Assembly: GCF_900199515.1 (NCBI RefSeq)
Contig: NZ_LT963434.1
Span: 1,442,180-1,474,179 of the forward strand
Direction of reading: 5' to 3'
DNA: 32,000 nucleotides
Origin: Massilicoli timonensis
GTDB lineage: Bacteria; Bacillota_I; Bacilli_A; Erysipelotrichales; Erysipelotrichaceae
Under the pieces are notes generated by a model. The model was not told the DNA's origin and ran no database searches. It saw nothing but the letters and a program-made list of their open reading frames with translations. Made by a program: the position numbers and the translations under genes. This document shows positions 25,123 through 32,000 of the stretch, in pieces; positions within the stretch are counted from its first letter, which is position 1; the number at the start of each line of letters is the position of its first letter.

Positions 25123-26046
25123 ATGAAAACGATCAAACAAGCAAAGCGGTTGTTGCGTGATGCAAAAGTGCCTTTTTCCTGTAACTGCTCTTTGAAGCCT
25201 TATACATCACTTCATATCGGCGGGAAAGCGGCGCTGCTCATCGAAGCGTATACGTTGAAACAGATAAAAGACAGTATTTTGATCGCAAAGCAATGTGCGC
25301 TTCCTTATTACATATTGGGAAATGGAAGCAATGTACTGATCGATGAGGAAGGGTATGCGGGATGTATGATCCTCTTGCGCAACTATAACCGTATCGTACA
25401 AAGAGAAGAAGAGCGGGTACGGGTACAAAGCGGGATGACCTTAAAAGCGCTATGTGATTGGTGTTTGGACCATGAATTAAGCGGGTTGGAGTTCGCATGC
25501 GGCATACCGGGAAGTGTCGGCGGCGGGGTCGTCATGAATGCGGGCGCCTATGGAGGAGAGATGAAAGATGTCGTCACCCGCGTGTGGTATCTCGATCCTC
25601 AGGGGGAAATACAGATCAAGGAGCGGGAAGCACTGGATTTTGCCTATCGGCACAGCTGCTTTTCTCATCAGGAAGGCATTATCCTGGAAGTGGAATTTCA
25701 GCTGCATAAAGGAAAGCAACAGGAGATCAAAGCGAAAATGGAGGAGCTGAATGAAAGAAGGAGATATAAACAACCGCTTGCCCATTACAGCGCCGGATCT
25801 GTTTTCAAACGTCCGCCAAACAGTTATGCGTCACTGCTGATCGCACAGGCAGGTTTGCAGGGAAAGCATGTCGGAGATGCCTGCGTTTCCACAAAACACG
25901 CCGGTTTCTTGATCAATCTGCATGAAGCGAGCGCCTATGATTTTCTGACATTGATCAAGCTGGTACAGACAGCGGTTTATGCGAAAAGCGGCATTTGGCT
26001 GGAATGTGAAATCATACAAATTACGCCAAATACCACCTTCGGCTAA
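25123..26046 (+). CDS. murB: UDP-N-acetylenolpyruvoylglucosamine reductase
   Basis: The FAD-binding domain shows the pattern ...HIGGKAALLIE...ILGNGSNVLI..., and GSVGGGVVMNAGAYG is present. The C-terminal region ..SAGSVFKRP.. is also present. Confidence 0.93.
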   Translation: MKTIKQAKRLLRDAKVPFSCNCSLKPYTSLHIGGKAALLIEAYTLKQIKDSILIAKQCALPYYILGNGSNVLIDEEGYAGCMILLRNYNRIVQREEERVRVQSGMTLKALCDWCLDHELSGLEFACGIPGSVGGGVVMNAGAYGGEMKDVVTRVWYLDPQGEIQIKEREALDFAYRHSCFSHQEGIILEVEFQLHKGKQQEIKAKMEELNERRRYKQPLAHYSAGSVFKRPPNSYASLLIAQAGLQGKHVGDACVSTKHAGFLINLHEASAYDFLTLIKLVQTAVYAKSGIWLECEIIQITPNTTFG

Positions 26047-26141
26047 AATGATAAAGAAAGGAAAAGCACTTTTCTTCATAATCTAAAAGTGGTATGATAT
26101 AGAAAACAAAGGAATTGGTTTTCTTGAAAGGAGGATATATC

Positions 26142-26465
26142 ATGAAACTGATTTTAGCCATTATGTCTAATGATGATAGTCCGGCAGTATCCAGCGCTTT
26201 AACGAAAGAGAATTATCAGGTAACGCGTCTGGCAACAACAGGAGGATTCCTGCGTGCGGGAAATACAACATTGATCGTCGGGACCGATGATGAGAAAGTA
26301 GATAAAGCAATCGAAGTGATCGGCGAATACAGCCGTCGTCGTACGGAAGTTGTGCCGAGCACTGCGTCCTATGATATCGGGCGTTATGCGTCGTTCCCTG
26401 TGGAAGTGCAGGTCGGCGGGGCAACGATCTTCGTAATTGACGTAGAGAAATTCATTAAACTTTGA
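26142..26465 (+). CDS. darA: Cyclic-di-AMP receptor, PII-like protein (DarA/PstA, YaaQ family, DUF970)
   Basis: MKLILAIMSNDDS...VTRLATTGGFLRAGNTTLIVG...FPVEVQVGGATIFV closely parallels B. subtilis YaaQ as I recall it. GAAAGGAGG precedes ATG 26142. Confidence 0.85.
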   Translation: MKLILAIMSNDDSPAVSSALTKENYQVTRLATTGGFLRAGNTTLIVGTDDEKVDKAIEVIGEYSRRRTEVVPSTASYDIGRYASFPVEVQVGGATIFVIDVEKFIKL

Positions 26466-26472
26466 TCATATG

Positions 26473-26499
26473 AAAAAACGGGGAACTTCCCTGTTTTTC
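26473..26499. terminator. Short GC-clamped hairpin flanked by A- and T-runs (terminator after darA)
   Basis: The sequence is AAAAAACGGGGAACTTCCCTGTTTTTC. CGGGG pairs with CCCTG around a 5-nt loop. Confidence 0.6.
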
Positions 26500-26539
26500 A
26501 TTAAAAAAGCAGTATGGATAAAAGAAAGGAAGATAGAAA

Positions 26540-27028
26540 ATGAGTACAAAATGTAAAGAAATCTTAGAAGAACTGGCGATTCCCTGTAACTATATTGAGG
26601 GACATGAACCGGTCTTGAATTATGAAGCGGCAGCCAGAGTAGATGAACAGTATCATTTGACCGGAAAAGAAAGCAAGTGTCTGATGATGAAGACAAAATC
26701 AGGTCAATTCGTACTGTTTGTTACGTATGAGGGCGTGCGTATGGACCGTAAATACATGAAAAACTTACTAGGCGAAAAGACTTCCGTATGCAGTGGTGAA
26801 GAACTGATGGAAGTAAGCGGTTATGCGGTAGGCTGCGCGGCGCCGTTTGCTTATCCTGATACGATGAAATATATTGTGGATAATCGCATCTTCGGATTTG
26901 AAAAGTACATTTGTTCAGCAGGGACACCGACAGAGAGCTTTGAAATGGAAACGCATTATCTGAAGGATATTTATGAAAAACTGGGCTGTGATGTTACCTA
27001 TATCGACGATTATCCGGAAGAAGTATAA
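26540..27028 (+). CDS. YbaK/EbsC/ProX-like aminoacyl-tRNA deacylase domain protein
   Basis: 162 aa with a general YbaK-domain pattern (K..LL.K....F.LV......D.K.......SG.E....G...GC.APF). The family assignment is from memory only. Confidence 0.5.
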   Translation: MSTKCKEILEELAIPCNYIEGHEPVLNYEAAARVDEQYHLTGKESKCLMMKTKSGQFVLFVTYEGVRMDRKYMKNLLGEKTSVCSGEELMEVSGYAVGCAAPFAYPDTMKYIVDNRIFGFEKYICSAGTPTESFEMETHYLKDIYEKLGCDVTYIDDYPEEV

Positions 27029-27044
27029 TTTTGCGAGATTGCTA

Positions 27045-27073
27045 TTGATTATTTAGACGAGGTTTGTTAAAAT
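27045..27073 (+). promoter_or_regulatory. Candidate promoter of rpmE
   Basis: TTGATT (27045-27050), a 17-nt spacer, then TAAAAT (27068-27073). Confidence 0.55.
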
Positions 27074-27147
27074 AGGATAGCACTTACTTTAGATCAGCAG
27101 TATAGGAAGTAAGATATAAGATCTAAGGCGGAAGGAGAGTATATTGT

Positions 27148-27357
27148 ATGAAAAAAGGAATTCATCCGGAATACCATAAAGTCATCTGCAAATGTACTTC
27201 TTGTGGTGCGGAATTTGAAACTGGTTCAACAAGCAAAGAACTGCGTGTGGATACTTGTTCAAACTGCCACCCATTCTATACAGGAAGACAGCGTTTTGCG
27301 GCGGCACAGGGTAGAATTGAAAAATTCAACAAAAAATACGGACTTAACAACAAGTAG
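27148..27357 (+). CDS. rpmE: 50S ribosomal protein L31, type A (zinc-binding)
   Basis: [18 protein letters not shown]...[10 protein letters not shown], with both CxxC pairs present. RBS GGAAGGAGAG. Confidence 0.96.
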   Translation: MKKGIHPEYHKVICKCTSCGAEFETGSTSKELRVDTCSNCHPFYTGRQRFAAAQGRIEKFNKKYGLNNK

Positions 27358-27371
27358 GAAACAAGAGAAAG

Positions 27372-27399
27372 AACTGCATGAAAGACTGCAGTTTTTTTA
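27372..27399 (+). terminator. Rho-independent terminator of rpmE
   Basis: AACTGCA (27372-27378) pairs with TGCAGTT (27387-27393). The stem is followed by TTTTTTAT. Confidence 0.8.
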
Positions 27400-27498
27400 T
27401 GGAAAGGAAACCGGCAGTGCAAAATGGGGAATTTATTTCTGAGAGTGGAAAAGATATCATGTTTTTGAACGGAATGGTTTTCTTTCAGAGGACAGTTT

Positions 27499-27507
27499 TG
27501 ATATAAT
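27499..27507 (+). promoter_or_regulatory. Extended -10 promoter element upstream of tdk
   Basis: TGATATAAT (TG-N-TATAAT) lies 22 nt upstream of ATG 27530. No good -35 element is present. Confidence 0.45.
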
Positions 27508-27529
27508 ACTGTCGTTAGAGGTGAAGCGT

Positions 27530-28150
27530 ATGTATCAGCAATATCGTGAAGGTTGGATCGAAGTCATTACCGGCTGTATGTTTGCCGGAAAGACGGAGGA
27601 ATTGATCAGAAGGATCAATGTATTGGAATATGCAAAGAAAAAGATCGTGGTGTTCAAGCCGAAGATCGATGATCGTTATGATGAAAATGATGTCGTTTCT
27701 CATGCCGGGAAAAGTGTGAAAAGCTATGCGATCAGCAAGGCGCGGGAAATCTTTGATTATTTGGAAGAAGATGTGGAAGTCATAGCGATCGATGAAGTAC
27801 AGTTTTTTGATGACGAGGTTGTCGATATATGCGATTACTTGGCGGATCAAGGAAAACGAGTCATGGTAGCGGGATTGGATATGGATTTTCGTGGAGAACC
27901 GTTCAGCATTATGCCAAGACTGATCACAATAGCGGAATTTGTAACGAAATTAACGGCTGTCTGTATGAAGTGCGGGGCGCCTGCGACCAGAACGCAGCGG
28001 CTTGTGAATGGACAGCCAAGTCATTACGATGATCCGATCGTACAGGTAGGAGCAAGTGAATCTTATGAAGCAAGATGCCGGCATTGCCATGAGGTGGCAG
28101 GAAAGCCGTCGGAAAAATATTGTCGGCCGATAAAGGAGGGAAAAGCATGA
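27530..28150 (+). CDS. tdk: Thymidine kinase
   Basis: The P-loop [20 protein letters not shown], and the zinc ribbon CMKCG...CRHCH are present. AGAGG lies 8 nt before ATG 27530. Confidence 0.93.
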   Translation: MYQQYREGWIEVITGCMFAGKTEELIRRINVLEYAKKKIVVFKPKIDDRYDENDVVSHAGKSVKSYAISKAREIFDYLEEDVEVIAIDEVQFFDDEVVDICDYLADQGKRVMVAGLDMDFRGEPFSIMPRLITIAEFVTKLTAVCMKCGAPATRTQRLVNGQPSHYDDPIVQVGASESYEARCRHCHEVAGKPSEKYCRPIKEGKA

Positions 28151-29223
28151 GTGTCATGATCGAACGTTTGGAAGGCATGGTCAATCGCTATCATGAAATC
28201 AATGAGATGATGATGTCGCCGGAGATCGTGTCTGATCCTAAGATGCTGCAGAAACTGGGAAGGGAACAGGCGGATCTTACGAATGTGGTGGAAACTTATG
28301 AAGAGTATAAAAAGTGCGTGCAGCAGTTGGAAGAAGCAAAAGCATTATTAAAAAGTGAAGAGGATAAAGAACTGCGGGAAATGGCGAAGATGGAGATCGA
28401 AGAGCTGGAACCGAAGACCGAGGAGTATTTAAGCAAGTTGGAAATTCTGCTGATCCCGAAAGATCCTAATGATTCGCATAATGCGATCGTTGAGATCCGC
28501 GGCGCTGCTGGTGGTGATGAGGGCAATATCTTTGCCGGTGATCTGTACCGCATGTATGCGAAATATGCGGAATCTTTAGGTTGGCGCATCGAGATCATTG
28601 AAATGGATGAATCGGAGGCCGGCGGCTTTGCGCTGGTATCGTTTATGGTGCATGGCGATGGCGCATATGGCAGATTGAAGTTTGAATCCGGCAGTCATCG
28701 CGTACAGCGTGTGCCGAAGACCGAATCACAGGGGCGTATTCATACGTCTACGGCAACGGTTTTGGTATCGCCGGAGATCGAAGCGGAAGACTTTGATATT
28801 GATATGAATGATCTGGAAATCGAGACGATGCGGGCGAGCGGCGCCGGTGGACAGCACATCAATAAAACGGATTCGGCGGTGCGTATCATCCATAAGCCGA
28901 CGGGCATTGTCGTGAAATGTCAGGATGGTCGTTCGCAGCATGAAAACCGGGCAACTGCGCTCATGACGATTCGTTCCCGTGTTTATGAAGAACATCAGCG
29001 TAAGCTGGAAGAAGCGGCCGGTGCGGAGCGAAGAAGCAAGATCGGAACCGGTGATCGTTCGGAAAAGATCCGTACATACAATTATCCGCAAAATCGTGTA
29101 ACCGATCATCGCATCGGCTATACGGTCAATCAGCTCGACCGTATCATGGAAGGCCGTATGCAGGATCTTTTGGATGCGTTGATCAGTGCCGATCAGCAGG
29201 CCAAACTGGCAGGTGAAAAATAA
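28147..29223 (+). CDS. prfA: Peptide chain release factor 1
   Basis: The GGQ motif [11 protein letters not shown] is present, and the PxT-type region [13 protein letters not shown] fits RF1. AAAGGAGGG precedes ATG 28147, which overlaps the tdk stop (ATGA). Confidence 0.95.
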   Translation: MSVMIERLEGMVNRYHEINEMMMSPEIVSDPKMLQKLGREQADLTNVVETYEEYKKCVQQLEEAKALLKSEEDKELREMAKMEIEELEPKTEEYLSKLEILLIPKDPNDSHNAIVEIRGAAGGDEGNIFAGDLYRMYAKYAESLGWRIEIIEMDESEAGGFALVSFMVHGDGAYGRLKFESGSHRVQRVPKTESQGRIHTSTATVLVSPEIEAEDFDIDMNDLEIETMRASGAGGQHINKTDSAVRIIHKPTGIVVKCQDGRSQHENRATALMTIRSRVYEEHQRKLEEAAGAERRSKIGTGDRSEKIRTYNYPQNRVTDHRIGYTVNQLDRIMEGRMQDLLDALISADQQAKLAGEK

Positions 29224-30083
29224 TGACGACTTATCGCGCCTGTTTAAGAGCGGCGGAAGCGGAATTGGAACAGGCACAGTGCGGCGAACAGGCGGCGCTC
29301 ATGCTGATGCTGGAGCTTTCGGAAATGGAAGCGCATAATTTATATATGGAATATGAAGAAGAAATGCCTGATTCATTGTATCAGCGCTTTCAGGAAGGGA
29401 TCGGGAGATTAAAGCAAAATGAACCGTTGGGTCATATCATCGGACATGAATGGTTTTACGGTTATCAGTTCAAGGTAAGCAGCGATGTGCTGATTCCCCG
29501 TCCGGAAACAGAGGAATTGGTTGCCAATGTACTGGCGGAATATGATACGTATTTTGCCGATCAAAGCGATGAGATCTTTGTGGCGGATGTGGGGACCGGC
29601 AGTGGTGCGATCGCGATTGCCTTGCAGAAAGAGGAACCGCGCTTTCATGTTTTGGCTACCGATATCAGTAAAGAAGCGGTAGATGTCGCATATGATAATG
29701 CGATGCGCTTAGGAGCCAATGTGCAGTTTGTGATCGGCGATATGCTGGAGCCGCTCATAGAACGCAATATGAAGTTTGATATTCTCGTATCCAATCCGCC
29801 TTATATTCCGCAAGATGAGGTTTTGGAAGAAAGCGTCAAGGATTATGAGCCGCATCTCGCTTTATTTGGCGGTGAAGATGGCTTGAAGTTTTATCGTGAA
29901 ATTTTCGCAAAGGCGAAAGAAGTGATGAAGGAGCGTTCTTTCATGGCATTTGAAATGGGCTGGAATCAAAAAGAAGCGATGCTTGCACTGGTAAAAGAAT
30001 ACTTGCCTGATGCAAGGGCAGAAGTCTTAAAGGATATGAGCGGAAAGGATCGCATGCTGTTTGTGTATTTCGGTATCAAATAG
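29223..30083 (+). CDS. prmC: Release factor glutamine N5-methyltransferase
   Basis: The SAM-binding motif DVGTGSGAIAI and the NPPY motif (VSNPPYIP) are present. The start overlaps the prfA stop (TAATG). Confidence 0.92.
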   Translation: MTTYRACLRAAEAELEQAQCGEQAALMLMLELSEMEAHNLYMEYEEEMPDSLYQRFQEGIGRLKQNEPLGHIIGHEWFYGYQFKVSSDVLIPRPETEELVANVLAEYDTYFADQSDEIFVADVGTGSGAIAIALQKEEPRFHVLATDISKEAVDVAYDNAMRLGANVQFVIGDMLEPLIERNMKFDILVSNPPYIPQDEVLEESVKDYEPHLALFGGEDGLKFYREIFAKAKEVMKERSFMAFEMGWNQKEAMLALVKEYLPDARAEVLKDMSGKDRMLFVYFGIK

Positions 30084-30094
30084 AGAAAAGAATG

Positions 30095-30135
30095 AAAAAA
30101 GGATCGTGAAGCAATGTGAAAGCGATCTTTTTTTG
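30095..30135 (+). terminator. Probable terminator after prmC
   Basis: AAAAAAGGATCG (30095-30106) pairs with CGATCTTTTTTT (30123-30134) around a 16-nt loop. Confidence 0.5.
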
Positions 30136-30214
30136 TATGATTTTATTTGAACGGGGAATCCTTTTCGTAATAAATGATCCCGTTAGATTTTACATACTTT
30201 TAACTTGGCATGTA

Positions 30215-30243
30215 TTTACGGAAAGAAGAGAATCTGTTAGAAT
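30215..30243 (+). promoter_or_regulatory. Promoter of the Mn-riboswitch/P-type ATPase transcript
   Basis: TTTACG (30215-30220), a 17-nt spacer, then TAGAAT (30238-30243) preceded by a TG (extended -10). Confidence 0.6.
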
Positions 30244-30250
30244 AAATGGC

Positions 30251-30376
30251 AATGAGGGAGTAGTCTCACGAAATGTGTGATGTTGCCAACATACGCGAAT
30301 AGAACTCTATTCTGGGGCATCTTAAAGACAAGACTCGTTAAAAGATAGGATCTTTAGCGAACTTGTCTTTTTTGTT
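30251..30376 (+). promoter_or_regulatory. yybP-ykoY (Mn2+) riboswitch with intrinsic terminator expression platform
   Basis: Conserved blocks GGGAGTAG (30256-30263), TTGCCAACATAC (30283-30294) and AAAGACAAGAC (30324-30334) resemble the L. lactis and B. subtilis yybP-ykoY aptamers as I recall them. P1 is AATGAG (30251-30256) with CTCGTT (30334-30339). A long interrupted hairpin (30325-30369) plus a T-run (30368-30380) uses the 3' aptamer strand, giving ON-switch logic. The downstream gene is a P-type ATPase, as in the known cases. Confidence 0.72.
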
Positions 30377-30407
30377 TGTTTCGCTAAAGAAGAAGGAGGA
30401 GGAAACG

Positions 30408-32000
30408 ATGTATTATCGAAAACCGGCAGAGGAAGTCATCAAAGAATTCAATTCTTCTAAAGAAGGACTTACTTTAGAACAAGTGAAACAAAATCAGGAA
30501 GCATATGGAAGCAATCAATTGGCTCTGACAAAGAAAGATGGGGCATGCAAGATTTTTATCAAGCAGTTTCAAGATCTGCTCGTCATCATCTTGATCATCG
30601 CAGCGATGATTTCGGGACTGAGCGGACAGTGGGAAAGTACGGTCGTTATCGTAACCGTTATTGTCATCAATGCCATTCTCGGTACGGTGCAGACGTTAAA
30701 AGCAGAAAAATCACTGGACAGCTTAAAGAAACTGTCAATTCCCAAAGCAAAGGTCGTGCGTGAAGGCACGCTTCAGGAAATTGCTTCTTCTGCACTGACC
30801 GTCGGCGATATCGTGCAGATCGAAGCAGGCGATGTAGTAAGCGGCGATGGGCGCATCATTCAATGCGCTGCCCTTCAAGTCAATGAGAGCGCATTGACCG
30901 GTGAAGTAGAGAGCGTGCATAAAACGGTGGATGCCTTAAATAAAGAGTTAATTGTCGGTGATCAGAAAAACATGGTGTTCTCCGGCAGTCTGGTTACGAA
31001 TGGAACCGGTCGATATGTGGTAACCGCTATTGGCATGCATACCGAAATCGGCAAGATCGCGTCTATGCTGAATCAGGCAAAAGAACGCAAAACTCCGTTA
31101 CAGAAAAGCTTAGATGAATTCAGTGGAAAACTGTCGCTTGTGATCATACTGGTTTCGCTTGTCGTGTTAGGACTCAATCTCTTTTTAGCGAAACAGTCTT
31201 TATTAGATGCGCTGATGATCGCAGTGGCGCTTGCGGTAGCGGCAATCCCGGAAGCGCTTAGTTCGATCGTAACGATCGTTTTATCTGTGAGCACGCAAAA
31301 GATGGTAAAAGAACATGCGATCCTAAAAAACCTGAATGCTGTGGAAAGCTTAGGCTGCGTGTCGGTCATATGCAGCGATAAAACGGGAACGCTGACTCAA
31401 AATAAAATGACGCCGCAGACGATTTACTTTTATGATAACCGCATGCAGATAGAGGACTTGGATTCACAAAATCATGATCATAGCGTTTTATTGAAGTGCT
31501 GTCTGCTTTGCAACAATGCGGTCGTAAATGAAGAACAGCGAATCGGAGATCCGACAGAACTGGCGCTGATCGATCTGGTACAGACGCATACCGAACATGA
31601 TTTTCGCTTTCAAAATACTGCGGTGCGCAGACAAGAGCTGCCTTTTGATTCGGAGCGCAAGCTCATGAGCGTCGCCTCTTTGCATCATATTTATACAAAA
31701 GGCGCGCCGGATGTGATAGTAGAACGCTGCGATACGATCTTGGTAAACGGTAAAAAAGAAGCGCTGACAAGCAAACAGATCGAAACGATCAAACAGGAAA
31801 ACAAGCGCTGTGCGGAAAATGGCCTGCGCGTGCTGGGCTTTGCGTATCGCTCCTTTCAAAAAGAAACATTGACATTTGAAGAGGAATACCATTTGACCTT
31901 TGTCGGACTGGTATCTTTGATGGATCCACCGAGAATAGAAAGCGCGGAAGCGGTAAAGCAGTGTAAATCAGCAGGTATTAGACCGATCATGATTACCGGC
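30408..32000 (+). CDS. P-type cation-transporting ATPase (P2-type, Ca2+/Mn2+ exporter-like), 5' partial; continues beyond the window
   Basis: Hand-translated; it is not in the track because no stop occurs before the window end. The sequence reads MYYRKPAEEVIKEFNSSKEGLTLEQV... and contains TGE (ALTGEVES) and the phosphorylation motif ICSDKTGTLTQNKM. It stays in frame for 531 codons to nt 32000. AGGAGGAGG lies 6 nt before the ATG. Confidence 0.92.
   Translation, partial: MYYRKPAEEVIKEFNSSKEGLTLEQVKQNQEAYGSNQLALTKKDGACKIFIKQFQDLLVIILIIAAMISGLSGQWESTVVIVTVIVINAILGTVQTLKAEKSLDSLKKLSIPKAKVVREGTLQEIASSALTVGDIVQIEAGDVVSGDGRIIQCAALQVNESALTGEVESVHKTVDALNKELIVGDQKNMVFSGSLVTNGTGRYVVTAIGMHTEIGKIASMLNQAKERKTPLQKSLDEFSGKLSLVIILVSLVVLGLNLFLAKQSLLDALMIAVALAVAAIPEALSSIVTIVLSVSTQKMVKEHAILKNLNAVESLGCVSVICSDKTGTLTQNKMTPQTIYFYDNRMQIEDLDSQNHDHSVLLKCCLLCNNAVVNEEQRIGDPTELALIDLVQTHTEHDFRFQNTAVRRQELPFDSERKLMSVASLHHIYTKGAPDVIVERCDTILVNGKKEALTSKQIETIKQENKRCAENGLRVLGFAYRSFQKETLTFEEEYHLTFVGLVSLMDPPRIESAEAVKQCKSAGIRPIMITG

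Noticed and set aside
26466-26696. 76-aa minus-strand ORF between darA and the ybaK-like gene
   Set aside because: It overlaps the terminator and the 5' part of the ybaK-like gene, and has no SD and no recognisable domain.
28726-29277. 183-aa minus-strand ORF inside prfA, and similar antisense ORFs inside the nhaC, GH112, murB and P-type ATPase genes (for example 31488..31892)
   Set aside because: All are fully nested antisense to genes with strong family motifs and lack RBSs. They are typical shadow ORFs.
1-32000. Search for tRNA or rRNA genes, transposases, integrases, reverse transcriptases or long repeats that would mark a mobile element or a larger defence island
   Set aside because: Reading both strands turned up none. 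Apart from the first 2 kb or so, the gene content is core housekeeping and metabolism with conserved Firmicutes synteny.

Overview
This is a chromosomal window of low-GC Firmicutes (Bacillota) type, judged from Bacillus-like synteny (glmU-prs, rpmE-tdk-prfA-prmC, DUF951-ychF), AGGAGG ribosome-binding sites and T-box, L-box and yybP-ykoY leaders. The left edge carries the trailer end of a CRISPR array (36-nt repeats, about 30-nt spacers, type II-A-like). The array runs straight into a small accessory patch: an XRE-HTH plus class II Fic gene pair, an orphan minimal nucleotidyltransferase (MNT) with no HEPN partner, and a 30-aa hydrophobic peptide gene missing from the ORF track. The rest is mainly housekeeping. 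In order: HAD phosphatase, glmU-prs-DUF1622, pyrC, a nucleoside 2-deoxyribosyltransferase-like gene, T-box-metG, and an AraC-controlled GH112 (galacto-N-biose/lacto-N-biose phosphorylase family) sugar cluster with its own ABC transporter, ATPase and class II galT. Then come folD-DUF951-ychF, a lysine riboswitch driving an NhaC-family transporter, patatin, murB, darA, a ybaK-like gene, and rpmE-tdk-prfA-prmC. The window ends with a yybP-ykoY (Mn2+) riboswitch driving a P-type ATPase that runs off the right edge and is absent from the ORF track. I see no convincing large novel multi-gene system. The most unusual items are the CRISPR/HTH-Fic junction, the MNT plus micro-peptide arrangement, two unannotated micro-ORFs, a possibly nucleophile-less NDT-like protein, and a few unexplained structured or palindromic intergenic segments. 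All calls come from reading the sequence and recalling family motifs; no database search was run.
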